A stretch of DNA of 64,000 bases, taken from Scyliorhinus canicula (taxonomy: Eukaryota). Shown piece after piece: positions 12,801 to 26,110 of this stretch. Every line of letters starts with the position of its first letter. The stretch's first letter is position 1. The notes beneath the pieces were generated by a model. That model did no database searches. It had not been told where the DNA came from and worked only from the letters and a program-made list of their open reading frames with translations. The stretch lies in the NCBI RefSeq assembly GCF_902713615.1, contig NW_024055820.1, forward strand, positions 2,488,107 through 2,552,106, given 5' to 3'. Both the position numbers and the translations under genes were made by a program.

Positions 12801-15800
12801 GGAGCTTCTGTAATGTGGATAGAGCACATTCTCGGCCACAATGCATGTTGGGTACTAATTCTGCCATTGAAATAGATATTGTTGATAAAAATTATGCTTT
12901 GCCAACCGATTACAATTGGTACCGTTGGGCCAAGGGAACTAATGTATTAAAGAAATTAATACAGCAACTAAAGAGCACAGGCCCTTCCACCAGAGTCTGT
13001 CCTGGGTGTGATTGACAACAGACCAAACACGGACAGTGAGTTGTTAACGTGTTGGGGTCTGAGCAGGTTCAGGTGAACAGTGATTTTTGTCTTCCTGGAC
13101 AGAACAGTTAAACTGCCCCTCGTCCATAACAATGTGCTGCAATTGGATCAAATTGTCTGGGCTTTTAAAGTTGGAGTGTTAACCAGTGGGAAAACTGAGG
13201 AAATTCCTTTGCACATGTGAAGTGTGTGAGTGATCTCCCTCTGAACTGCACATTAGATTAATCAATCACTAACTCATATTTATTCTTATCCAGTGGAAAC
13301 ATCTTCCACTTGTCGATCATATCAAACCTTTTCATAATCTTACAGGATCAGGTCATCCTTCATTCCCTTTTCCAGAGAAAAGGTTATGCCCTGTCCAATC
13401 TTTCTTACTGGATGTAACCTGCCAGTTCAGGCATAATTCAAATATCTTTTCCTGCATCTTCTCCAGTCCTTCTAGATCCATTTTACAATATGGAGACCAT
13501 ATCCATTTTACAATCTGAGCAGCAATCTCACCGTTGTCCCCAAATGCCTGTATGTTGCAGCATTTTAGTAATTTTACTGTCAGCTGAATGTAAGATGGGA
13601 CAGAATAAGATCCAATGAGCCCGTCTGTAACACTGTAGAACATCTACAAACCTGCCTCTTCCCCGTACTGCTAAACAGTTGACTTTTTCACTCTTAACCT
13701 GTCAGCTATGTCATTAAGAATAATGTGTCAGAGAAAGACTGGATTTCAGCTTGGTGACACCAGGCCAGACTAAATTTTAGTTCATAGGGTTGTTGAGCTA
13801 ATTTCTCCATATCATAAGATGCACTGATGATTCCTGAACTGTTAAACCAATTTATATTTACCCTCTGTTGATCTGAAAAGTGTTGATTCTGCTGTTACTG
13901 CCACTGATAATCACACCCAGAACGGAACCATCTTCATTCTGACAATTGGGGTTTATTTCGATTCCCTGTAACTGAGCTGGGCTAGTGTTTAATATCTTGT
14001 TGTTTGTGAAATAAGTCAGCTTTGTCTCAAACACACTGTGTCAAGTCCTTGATTTCTCTTGGGGGAAAGGAAATTAATTGATGGCCATGTGGCACCAGGC
14101 CATGCCCGTCAGTCTTTTTAAGACAGAGATATATTGGTTCTTGATTAATAAGGGGCTCAGGTGTTATGGGGAGAAGGCAGGAGAAAGGGGATGAGAAACA
14201 TATCAGCCATGATCGAAAGACAGAGCAAACTTGATGGGCTGAATGGCCTAATTCTGCTTCTCTGTCTCTTTTTTAATGAGAAGATCTCAAAGAAACGTAT
14301 AAAATTCTAACAGGAGTGGACAGAGTAGATTCATAAAGAATGTTCCCAATGGTGGGAAGTCCAGAACTAGGGGGTCATAGCTTGAGGATAAGGGGTAAAA
14401 CTTTTAAGACTGAGGTGAGGAGAAATGTTTTCACCCAGAGAGTGAAGAGCCTGTGGAATTCATTACCACAGAAAGTCGTTGAGGACAAAACATTGTACAA
14501 TTTGAAGGAGATCGATACAGCTCTTGGGGCTAAAGGGATTAAAGGATATGTATGACTCTGTAGCACAATGGATAGTGTGTTGGACTTCTACTTAATGGCA
14601 AGTAAGGGATTCAAAGGTTGTGGGCTCATATCCCACCAGAGTCAACTGTTAGCGTGGCACAATGGTTACCACTGTTGTCTCACAGTGCCAGGGACTCAGG
14701 TTCAATTTCAACCTTGGGTGGCTGTCGGTGTGGAGATTACACCTTCTCCCCATGTCTACGTGGGGACGCAGACATGGGGAGAAAGTGCAGAATCCGCACA
14801 GACAGTGACCCAAGCCTGGAATCGATAAGAATGGGTGATAAATGCTGGCACAGCCTGCAACGCTAATGTCCAATGAATAAAAAAAAAGTTTCATTAATTG
14901 TCACTCAATTAAGGATCACTACTTATTTAATCATGTTACAAACTAATTAATACACTAATTTTAATTAATACATTTGGTTAATACAAGATACACTGGTTCT
15001 TTTCTGAGTAGTACTATAATCCATACGCTTCACCCGCTGTCTGTGTCTATGTATTTACATTGTATGTTTATTGTATGTCCTATGTTTTTTCATGTATGGA
15101 GCAATCTGTCTGGAAATGTAGAACAATATTTTTCACTGTACCTCGATACACGTGACAATTAATCAAATCCAATCAAAGAGACAGTTTCTTACTAGTCTTC
15201 AGATTGAACAATGAACCTTCTTAAAAATTATTCATTAATGGGAGGTGGGCGTCACTGACTGGACCAGCATTTACTGCTCATTCCAATGCCCTTGAACTGT
15301 GTGTCTTGTGAGGCTATTTAAGGAGACTTACAAATCAACCACAACATTGCTGTGGATCTGGAGTCACGTGCAGGACAGGCCACAAAAGGAGAGCAGATTT
15401 CATAAAGGACATTAGTGAACCAGACGGGTTTTTACAACGATCAACAATGTCAACATTAGACTTTGAATTTGAGACTTTTATTCAATTTCAAAAACTGTCA
15501 TAGGCAGATTCGATCCCAGATCCCTAGAGCATTAACCTGGGTCTCTGGATTACTAGCCCAGTAACAATACCATTACACCTCTGCCCAGCCCACATAGTCT
15601 TGGCAGAATATGATGTCTTGTAACTTCTCAAAATTATAAAGTAATTTATTTTTTCAAACAAATTCTGATAGCTCTGCAGTTTCTGGAAACATTTTGGTTG
15701 GAAGTGTTACTTTTTAAAATAAAGAACTAGTCTTTACAAGATAACTACCTCACACACCAATTCATGTATGATAATCTATGTTCACTACTGAATAATCATG

Positions 15801-18242
15801 AATTTAATTATTGCTTTTTGCTGTGAAATCAATGTGGTTAATACAGAAAAGGTACAGAAGGTGAAATGGCTGCAGGAAGCTGCATGTTCGAGGTATAAAA
15901 GGGCTTCCTTGACCGTGTTACTAATGACAGGGAATACACTATGAAAATAACAATTTCAAAACTAAATGTGATTACACATACGTACTTACAGCTTCCTACA
16001 TTACAACAGTGAATATGTTTCAATTCAAAAGTACTCCATTGGCTTTAAAACACTTTAGGAGGTTCAGTGGTCGAGAGGTTTTATAGAAATGTACATTTAT
16101 TCCAATTGTCCGCATATATTACACTCGGTGTCCTCACCAGAATCATTGATAAAGATTGAGTCTTAATTTTGTGTAATACCCACGTCATTGACACCATTTT
16201 GAATACTCTGTGAAAATCCACACACACCATATGCACAATTATTTGTTGTAAAACACAGCGAGTTTTTGTGATTTGGAATGCACTGTCGATAAATGGTGCT
16301 GGAATCTCATTGGAATGCAATTTCCAAAAGGGAATTTGATGCATTCTGAAAAAGAAAACAAAATAGCCGAACTCTGGGATTAAATGGGTCGCTGTACAAA
16401 GTGCTGGCATAGGAAAAATGGGCCAAATAGACTCCTCTGTGCTCGAACAGCCTTGTGTACATGTAAAGGGAGTGGTAACAACCTGGAACCTATCGCCTAT
16501 GAGGGTGGGAGATGCAGAGATGATGGAATGATTTCAATAGGAAATTGGACAGGCATTGAGAGAAATAAACTCACAGGGATTTGGGGATAGAACGGGGCAA
16601 TAGACAGACTGGCTTCCTCCACAGGGAGCCGACACGGTCCCAAAGGGCTGAATGGCCCCATTCCTCACCCTCCAGATGCTGTGATCTCAGGAGTGAAATT
16701 TAGTTGCTCCAGTCACTCCAACTAACTGGTGTCCCTCATCTCTGGTACCATTCTCGTAAATGTTCTCGACACCGTCTCTGAGAACTTCACATCTTTCCCA
16801 AAGTGTGGGGCAATTATATATAGGGTTCCATTCTAGAGAGATAGAATTGAAAAGCACGGAGGAAATGTTCAGCTTGTTTAGAACCGGGGTTAGACTACAC
16901 TGGGAGCAGTGTCAACATTGGTGATCTCCATTTCGATAAAGGAAATAGAGGCACTGGATAAGGTGCAACAAAGATTCATAATATACAGAACTGAGAGCAT
17001 TTAACACCCAGGAAAGTCTGGGGCTGCTTTTTTCTGGAAAGGAGAAGACTGATGGGTGACCTGGAGGAAGTCTTTCAGATTATGAAGGAATTCAATAATC
17101 CAATAGGAATTTCAGCAGAAACCTCTTTACCAGCGAGTGGTGAGAATGTGCAACTCACTCCCACAGCAAGTGGTTGAGGTGAACAGCATTAATCCATTGA
17201 ACGTAAAGCTAGATACATACATGAGAGAGAAAGGAATAGAGGGAGATGCTGATGGTGGGGGGGGGGGGGGGGGGGGGAAGGGGGGTATAGAGGGGGGGGG
17301 ATATAGAGGGGGGGGTGGAGGGTCATGTGGAGCACAAATACTGACAGACCATGGCTAACCTCAGCCGCTATGGGAATTTAACCTGTGCTGTTCGTGTCAC
17401 TCAGCACAAACCAGCCATCCAGTCAACTGAGCTAACCGATCCCATGTAAATCTGTAATAATTCCATAAATATTAGTGATTGCCTGTCACCCACCATACTA
17501 TGTAATGTAGTTTCCCAGTGCACCTCAGACAACTTGCCCCTCATACCCTGATAGTTTTCTTCTGTGAGAAGCACCAAGACAAATTAAACAAAAGAACCAT
17601 GTAACCACCATAGCCCATCTTCATGGCAATGTGGCATGATTTGGGGGATTTCAAAACAGAAATGGTAATGAAATATCTTCTAACCTGAACAGCATGGTAG
17701 CATAGTGGTTAGCACAGCTGCTTCTCAGCTCCAGGGTACCAGGTTCGATTCCCGGCTTGGGTCACTGTGTGGAGTCTGCACGATCTCCCCGAGTGTGCGT
17801 GGGTTTCCTCCGGGTGCTCCAGTTTCCTCCCACAGTCCAATGATGTGCGGGTTAGGTGGATTGGCCATGCTAAATTGCCCTTAGTGTCCAAAAAAGATTA
17901 AGTGGGGTTACTGGGATAGGGTGGAGGTGCGGGCTTGGTTGGGATGCTCTTTCCAAGGGCCGGTGCAGACTCGATGGGCTGAATGGACTTCTTCAGCACT
18001 GTAAATTCCATGATCTATGAACCTCCAAACTCCCTTTCACTCTTTGATCCATGTGAAATGTGCAACCAGATATTTGCAAGAAGGCTCAGAGAGAATCAGC
18101 CCACTGGGGGAGAAGCCGTGAGACCGGCCAGTCCAGCAGAAAGAAACCCTCTGACCATCCCCATTGACCAACAGAATGAACAAAATGCAGTCCTGGATGT
18201 AATTGAGAACAGAAACAATAACAGCAGAATCCAATCCCTGGA

Positions 18243-18375
18243 TCAGTTGTGAACTTGTTGGTGTCTCAGAAAGTGCGATGAATTACAAAATCCCTTCGCA
18301 CATTGAGAGCAGGTGAATGGCCTCTCCCCAGTGTGAACTCCCTGGTGTGACTGCAGACGGCATAACCGAGTGAAT
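18243..18375 (-). pseudogene. Orphaned C-terminal zinc fingers cut off by a LINE (copy 2)
   Basis: Paralogous to 6136-6268; continues ZNF X across the LINE. Confidence 0.85.
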
Positions 18376-20739
18376 TGTGTAAATAGATGTAAACGGGTGT
18401 GAGATAATCAGGATTATGGAGACATGGCTGCAGGATGACCAGGGATGGGAACTGAATATATTCAGTATTTAGGAAGGACAGACAAAAAGGAAAAGGCAGT
18501 GGAGTGGCAGTGCTGGTTAAAGAGGAAATTAATGCAATAGTGAGGAAGGATATTAGCTCCAACAATGTGGAATCTGTATGGGTAGAGCTGAGAAACACCA
18601 AGGGGCAAAAAACATTAGTGGGCATCGTGTATATAGACCCCCTAACTGCAGTGGTGATGTTGGGAATGGCACAAAACAGGAAATTAGGCCGATTATATAA
18701 GTTTCTGTCGGTATGTGAAGAGAAAAAGATCGGTGAAGACAAATGTAGGTTCCTTTCAGTCAGAAACAGGGGAATGTATAATAGGGGACAAAGAAATGGG
18801 TGAGCAAATAAATACATACTTTGCTTCTGGCTTCACAAATTAGATGCTAGAAATGTTGGGGAACGCAGGATTTAGTGAGAGGAAGGAACTGAAGGAGATC
18901 AATATTCGAGAAATTGTGTTGGGGAAATTGATGGGATTGGAGGCTGATAAATCCCCTGGGCCTGATAATCTGTATCCCAAAGTACTTAAGGAAGTGGTTC
19001 TAGAAATAATGGATGCATTGGTGGTCATCTTCCAGGATTCTATAGACTCTGGAACAATTCCTGAACATTGGAGGGTGGCTTATGTAACTCCACTATTTAA
19101 ATAGGGAGCTCGAGACAAAACAGGAATTATAGACCAGTAAGCCTGACATCGGCAGTGGGGCAAATTTTAGAATCCATTATCAAAGATTTTAAAGAAAAGC
19201 ACTTAGAAACCAGTGGCAGGATCGGACAGAATCAGCATGCATTTATTAAGGGGAAATCATGCTTGACAAATCTACTGGAATTCTTCAAGGGTGTAACTGG
19301 TAGAGTTGACGAGGGAGAGCCAGTGGATGTGGTATATTTGGACTTTCAGATGGCTTTCGACTTATTCCTGCATAAGATATTAGTGTGTAAAATGAAAGCA
19401 CATGGGATTAGGGGTCGTCTCTTGAGATGGATAAAAAACTGACTGGCAGACAGGAAACAAAGAGGAGGAATTAATGGATCTTTTTCAAATTGGCAGGCAG
19501 TGGCTAGTGGGGTACCGCAGGGATCGGTGCCTGGGCCCAGATATTCACAAGATATATAAATGATTTTTCTTTTCAAATTTAAAGTACCCAATTCTATTTT
19601 TGCAATGAAGTGGTAATTTAGCATGGCCAGTTCCCCTCCACTGCACATCTTTGGGGTTATGGGGGTGAGACCCATGCAAAATCGAGAACTTGACTGCACA
19701 CAGACAGTGACCCAGGCATGACTGAACCCTGATCCTCAGCACCATGAGGCAGCTGCGCCACTTATATATTAACAACTTAGATGAGGGAACAAAATGCAAT
19801 ATCTCCAAATTTACAGATCACACAAGTTGCTTGGGAGGGTGAGCCGTGAGGAGGATGCAGAGATCCTTCAGTGTGATTTGGACAAGTTGAGTGAGTGGGC
19901 AAATGAATGGCAGATGCAGTATAATTTGGAGAAATGCGAGGTTATCCACATTGGTACCAAAAATGAGAAGGCAGACTATTATCTGAACGGCCATAGATTA
20001 GGAGAGGCGGGGAATGTGCAACGAGACCTGGGTATCCTTGTACACCAGTCACTGAAGGTAAGCATGCAGCTACAGCAGGCGGTAAAGAAGGCAAATGGTA
20101 TGCTAGCCTTCATTGCGAGCGGATTCGAGTACAGGAGCAGGAATATCTTGCTATTATTACACAGGGCCGTGGCGAGGCCATACCTGGAATATTGTGTGCA
20201 ATTTTGGTCTCCTTATCTGAGGAAGGATGTTCTTGCTCTAGAGGGAGTGCAGCGAGCGTTTACCAGACTGATTCCTGGGATGGTGGGACTGACGTATGAG
20301 AGATTGAATCAGTTAGGTTTGTATTCGCTGGAGTTCAGAAGAATGAGGGGGATCTCATAGAAACCTATAATATTCGAACAGGACTTAACAAGGTAGATGC
20401 AGGAAAGATTTTCCCGATGGTGGGAGTGTACAGAACCAGAGGTCGCAATCTGAGGATACGGGGGAGACCATTTAGACAGAGATGAGGAGAAATTTCTTCA
20501 ACCAGAGAGTGGTGAGCCCGTGGAATTTGTTACCACAGGAAAACTTTAAGGCCAATACATTATTTGTTTGCAAGAAGCAGTTAGATATCGCACTGAAGGC
20601 GAAGGGGGTCAAAGGATATGGAGGGGAAAGCGGGATTAAGCTATTGAGTTGGATGATAAGCCATGATCATAATGAATGGCAGATCAGGCGCAAAGGGCCA
20701 AATGGCCTCTTCCTGCTCTCCCTTTTCATGTTTCTATAT
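18376..20739 (+). mobile_element. Duplicate of the CR1 LINE above
   Basis: Same RT motifs, same junctions, same nested SINE (~19565-19760). Confidence 0.92.
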
Positions 20740-20753
20740 AATCCCTTCCCACA

Positions 20754-21956
20754 CTAAGAGCAGATGAATTGCCTCTCTCCAGTGTGAACTCGCCGGTGTT
20801 TCTGAAGGTTGGACGAATTACTGAATCCCTTCCCACACTGAGAGCAGGTGAATGGCCTCTCCCCAGTGTGAATTCGCTTATGTCTCTTCATGGTGGATGA
20901 ACTAACAAATCCCTTCCCACACTGAGAGCAGGTGAACGGCCTCTCCCCAGTGTGAACTCGCTGATGGTTCCGCAGGGTGGATAAATCACTGAATCCTTTC
21001 CCACACTGAGAGCAGGTGAATGGCCTCTCCCCAGTGTGAATCCGCTTATGTCTCTTCATGGTGGATGAACTAACAAATCCCTTCCCACACTGAGAGCAGG
21101 TGAACGGCCTCTCCCCAGTGTGAACTCGCTGATGGTTCCGAAGGTTGGACGAGTTATTGAATCTCTTCCCACACTGAGAGCAGGTGAATGGCCTCTCCCC
21201 AGTGTGAATTCGCTGGTGTGTCTGCAGACTGGATAAATGTGTAAATCCATTCCCACACTGAGAGCAGATGAATGGCCTCTCCCCAGTGTGAATTCGCTGA
21301 TGTTTCCGCAGGGTGGATAAATCACTGAATCCTTTCCCACACTGAGAGCAGGTGAATGGCCTCTCCCCAGTGTGAATTCGCCGGTGTGTCTGCAGGGTGG
21401 ATAAATCACTGAATCCCTTCCCACACTGAGAGCAGGTGAACGGCCTCTCCCCAGTGTGAACTCGCTGATGGTTCCGAAGTTTGGACGAGTTATTGAATCC
21501 CTTCCCACATTGAGAGCAGATGAATGGCCTCTCCCCAGTGTGAATTCGCTGGTGTGTCTGCAGGGTGGATAAATCACTGAATCCCTTCTCACAGAGGGAG
21601 CAGGTGAATGGCCTCTCCCCAGTGTGAACTCGCTGATGTTTCCGTAGGTTGGATGAAGAACTGAATCCCGTCCCACACTGGGAGCAGGTGAATGGCTTCT
21701 CCCCAGTGTGAACTCGCTGGTGTCTCTGCAGACTGGATAACTGAGTGAATTCCTTCCCACACTGGGAGCAGGTGAATGGCTTTTCCCCAGTGTGAACTCG
21801 CTGGTGTGCATACAGACTGGATAACTGAGTGAATTCCTTCCCACACTGAGAGCAGGTGAATGGCCTCTGCCCAGTGTGACTGCGGCGATGAATCTCCAGC
21901 ACAGATGGGGCTCTAAATCCCTTCCCACAGTCAGCACATTTCCACGGTTTCTCCAT
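20754..21956 (-). CDS. Intact C2H2 zinc-finger protein, 14 tandem fingers, 400 aa from MEKPW (ZNF 'X'); no KRAB domain seen
   Basis: ORF 20754..21992 with 14 CxxC...HxxxH units and HTGERPF linkers; upstream acceptor near 22330. Confidence 0.9.
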   Translation of the reverse strand: MEKPWKCADCGKGFRAPSVLEIHRRSHTGQRPFTCSQCGKEFTQLSSLYAHQRVHTGEKPFTCSQCGKEFTQLSSLQRHQRVHTGEKPFTCSQCGTGFSSSSNLRKHQRVHTGERPFTCSLCEKGFSDLSTLQTHQRIHTGERPFICSQCGKGFNNSSKLRNHQRVHTGERPFTCSQCGKGFSDLSTLQTHRRIHTGERPFTCSQCGKGFSDLSTLRKHQRIHTGERPFICSQCGNGFTHLSSLQTHQRIHTGERPFTCSQCGKRFNNSSNLRNHQRVHTGERPFTCSQCGKGFVSSSTMKRHKRIHTGERPFTCSQCGKGFSDLSTLRNHQRVHTGERPFTCSQCGKGFVSSSTMKRHKRIHTGERPFTCSQCGKGFSNSSNLQKHRRVHTGERQFICS

Positions 21957-23567
21957 GTTTTGGGTCTCCTCGTGTCTCTCGAGATTGGACAATCAGTTGA
22001 AGCCTTGTCTACACACAGAACATGTGCACTGTCTCTCCTCAGTGTGAATGGTGTGATGTTTTTTTCAGGCCGTGTGTCTGGTTGAAGCTCTTTTCACAGT
22101 GAGTTCACTGGAACTCTCTCACTCGGATGTGTGGTGTGGGTCTCGGTGCTTTTCCAGTCACACTGATATTTCAAATCTTTTGACGCCGAAAGATCGGACA
22201 AAAATTTCTCCTTCTCGTCGATGATGTTCAGAGCCCGTTGTTTTCAGATCAGAAGGAATCGAGTGAGTTTGTCACATCGAGACGTGATGTTTGAGATTTC
22301 TGTCTATAATTCCTCCTCTTCTAATATCCTTTAAAAACAATTTACGAAAGTCATCACTGTTATTACAGGATAGAAACTCAGAAGACAATTCTACTTCCTA
22401 TGGAATATAATTTCCTCTCCTTTTCCAAAATCTGTAAATCTCCATCCGACACAATCTCCCTCCATTCTCACTCTGCTGTATCTAATATTCACCCTCCCAA
22501 TTCTCCTGAAGGGCTGATTCATGTTGATTGACAGATCCAAGTTCAGCTCACTGCTTCCTGACCAGGACGCAGAGATTATAATAGGATCAAGTGTAGGCCA
22601 TTCGGCCCACCGAGTCTGCTCAACCATTCAATGAGATCCTTGGCTGATCTACCTCAGCACCATTTTCCCACACGATCCCCATATCCCTCGATATCTTCAA
22701 CATCTAGAAACCTGTCAATATTTGTCTTGAACATACCTAATGGCTGAGGCTCCATATTCCTCTGGGGAATACCAAAGCTTCACCACATCCTCGAGTGAAG
22801 AAATCCCTCCTCATCTCAGCTTTCACGCTATTTTCCTACATGTTCCCCGTAACCCTTAACTCCATTGTCAATAAAATATCTGTCTAACTTGTGGTTCAAT
22901 ATATTCAATGACCCCCAGATACAACTGGTCCCTGTGGAAGAGAAATCCAACACAACCCTCTGAGGGAAGAGATAGCTGGAAATCTATAACATAGCTACAG
23001 TCTTATAGTACATGGCGAGAAATAATTATGAATTTTATTACGGAACTGTAATTAATATATCTAATCTGTACCAGATAAGAACATGAGACGGATACCTGTC
23101 CATTTACTGTCCCTGAAATGTAGCCCTCTCCTGGGGTACCCACACCTTTCATTGTAAACATTAGGAAAGAGTTTTTAAAAATATATTTGGAGTAACCAAC
23201 TTTTTATTCCAATTAAGGTGCAAAATTAGCTTGTTCAAATCACCTACCCTGCACATCTTTGGGTTGTGAAGGTGAGACACACGCAGAGACGGGGAGAATG
23301 TGTAAACTCCACATGGATAGTGACCCGGGGCCGGGATCGAGTCTGGATCCTCAGCACCATTAGGCAGCAGTGCTAACCACAGCACTACCATGTCCCCAGA
23401 GACCACCCTTTCAGTAAGAAAAATAATTGCATCCACCTGTTAACGGGGTGGGAGGCAGGAGTTGGAAACACTTTGTGGAGCCACGAAATTTCATTTAATT
23501 TTGTTTCCCAATTAAATGGAAATTAATTCGAGTGATTCGAGGTTGGGCTCAAATCATCAGAGGACTC

Positions 23568-23998
23568 TGGTCGCGATTCTCCGACCCCCTGCCGGGCCGG
23601 AGAATCGGCAGGGAACTGCGCGAATTGCGCCATGCCACCTCAACGCCATTCTCCCACCCATAAAAAAATCGGGCAGGCGCGCATGGTGCTGGGCCGCACG
23701 GAGAATCGCCGCAAACGGCCATAGCGGCGATCCTCCGGCGGCGCCGCGATTCTCCGGCCCGAATGGATCGACCGGCCGACTGAAAAAATCCTAGTCCCGC
23801 CGGCGCTGTTCTAATATGCTCTGGGCCCGGCTGGACCTCGGGGTTGAACGGTCCGGGGGCGGCCTGTGGGGGATGGGCCACTTCAGCGCCGTGCTGGACC
23901 CCCCAGCACCCGGGAATCGGGTCTCGGAACCTGCGCTGGAGTAAAGTACTCCTGTTTTGGCGCCGGCACTCTGACGCCGGACCAGAGAATCGCGGCCC
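23568..23998. mobile_element. GC-rich non-autonomous DNA element (MITE-like) with terminal inverted repeats
   Basis: Left TGGTCGCGATTCTC vs reverse complement of the right end GGGCCGCGATTCTC; internal GAGAATCG/CGATTCTC repeats. Confidence 0.65.
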
Positions 23999-24529
23999 TG
24001 GTCTGTAGGGAGGAAGGAAACCCAGGGAGGTAGACAGGGAGTATTCACAAACACCCGCTGGAGTCCCCAATAAGACCCATTGGTTTTATTGTCAGTTTGC
24101 AGACAGGAGCTGGAGAACTGAACCCAGGCAGAGGAGAGGGAGGGAGAAAACTGGGAGTGGAGGAAAGAAATGGTGCAGATGGGTTTGGATTTCAGCCCAG
24201 GGAGGAGGGAGAGTGTGTGGGACGGGGATTTACAGCTTTGGGGGAAACAAGAGAGCAAACAATGTTCCAGAGAAACTAGAATTGTCTGTTCAGAATTTCT
24301 ATCCTGGACTGAGTGCTGACGATTGTTTTTTTAATTAAATATAGAGTACAAAATTGTATTTTGTCCCAATTAAGGGGTAATTTTATCCGTCACATCTTTT
24401 TGGATTGAAACCCATGCTGACAAGGGGAGAATGTGCAAAGTCCATATGGACAGAGACCCGGGATCAAACCCGGGTTCTCGGCTAACCACTGAGCCACCGT
24501 GCCTGCCCCTAATGACTTTTATAAACTCC

Positions 24530-25135
24530 TCTTACAGGATATTACAAGGGGAGGATTTACAGATGGAAACTCAAATCAAACTTCACAGCAAGATTTAACA
24601 GAGTCACTCCATTCATCAGGACCTGAATATCATTGGCCTGTGAATGTAGACGAAGAAATGTTTGTCTGCTCTGTCTGTAGGAAAAGATTTTCAACATCAG
24701 TGTGACTGGGACTGCTGCCTCACGGTGCCGAGGTCCCAGGTTCGATCTCGGCCCCGGGTCACTGTCCGTGTGGAGTTTGCACATTCTCCCCGTGTTTGCG
24801 TGGGTTTCAGCCCCACAACCCAAAGATGTGCAGGGTAGGTGGATTGGACATGCTAAATTGCTCCTTAATTGGAAAAAAAAATGGATACTCTAAATTTATT
24901 TTTTAAAAAGATCAGCGTTACTGAAAAAAGACCCGATACACACACACTTGAGTTCAACTGATCGTCAAACTTGGAGAGGGACAAGGACACCAGCAGCATG
25001 CTGTAACCATGGAAATGTGGGGACTGTGGGAAGGGATTCAGATCTCCATGTGAGCTGGAAATTCATCATCACCGTCACACCCGCGACAGACCATTCGCCT
25101 GTTCTAAGTGTGGGAAGGGATTCACTCAGTTATCC
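24530..25135 (+). pseudogene. ZNF gene remnant (5'UTR-type exon, nested SINE, ~1.5 fingers [20 protein letters not shown]...[14 protein letters not shown])
   Basis: Acceptor CTCTTACAG|GATATT; finger motifs; cut off by an L1 fragment. Confidence 0.7.
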
Positions 25136-26110
25136 TAGTGAGGATTTACCAGGATGTGGGAGCCGAGCTGGTGAGGAAGCAAGCGGCCTTTAATAAGGTT
25201 CAGGCTGCTCTATCGAAGAAAGGAGTTCCATTCGGGGTGGTTTACCCAGCAAAGCTACTATTTGCAGATGAGTCCAAAGACTTTGATTTTGAGACTCCAG
25301 AGGAGGCGACTGCCTTCATTGAGGGGCTCGTTGGTCTGGGAGTATGATTCTCGCTTCGGGTGTTTTGGTTTCGAAATTTGCGGGAGGCCCCGGGTTCAAA
25401 TCCCGGACAAGCCCTTTGATAATGTTTTCTGTTGGCCAAGCAACATGTTTTAAGGGGTAGTAACTGTAGCACAGTGGGTAACACTGTTGCTTCACAGCTC
25501 CAGGATCCCAGGTGCGATTCCTGGCTTGGGTCACTGTCTGTGCGGAGTCTGCATGTTCTCCCTGTGTCTATGTGGGTTTCCTCCGGGTGCTCTGGTTTAA
25601 TCTCACTCGTCACGAAAGACATGCTATTAAGTCATTTGGACATTCTGAATTCTCCCTCTGTGTACCCAAACAGGCACCGGAATGTGGCGACCAGGGGCTT
25701 TTCACAGTAACTTCATTGCAGTGTTAATGTTTTTTTTAAATATGAATTTAGAGTGCCCAATTCATTTTTTCCGATTGAGGGGCAATTTAGCGTGGCCAAT
25801 CCACCTACCCTGGACATCTTTGGGTTGTGGAGCCGAAACCAAGGCAAACACGGGGAGAATGTGCAAACTCCACACAGACAGTGACCCGAACCTGGGATCC
25901 CTGGCGCCGTGAGGCAGCAATATAACCACGGTGGTCAGTGGGTGGTTGGCGGGTACATTGGTGATGCTGGTGAATGGCTATGCCCCTAACTAGGACAATG
26001 TGGCATTTGTAAAAAGAATTGTTCCCCCATACATGGATACACATCAATTAATTCTTGGAGGAGATTTCAACTGTTTTCTGGATCTTAAATGAACTGGTCC
26101 AAGCCCATTC
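25136..26110 (+). mobile_element. L1-clade LINE remnant: ORF1 C-terminus plus ORF2 endonuclease fragment, two SINEs nested
   Basis: RIYQDVGAELVRKQAAFNK...GVVYPAKL...FETPEEA (25136-25347); LVNGYAPN...LILGGDFNC (~25932-26100). Confidence 0.75.

Larger units (their letters stand above)
12092..20878. repeat. Segmental tandem duplication, copy B
   Basis: Near-identical to 1-8768 by direct comparison. Confidence 0.95.

Noticed and set aside
21056-21937. Alternative-frame 293-aa ORF and similar ones over the finger arrays
   Set aside because: Shadow frames of the 84-bp finger repeat
25108-25347. In-frame ZNF-L1 ORF1 fusion protein
   Set aside because: The finger frame hits TAG at the junction (TTA TCC TAG); the L1 ORF1 piece is in another frame
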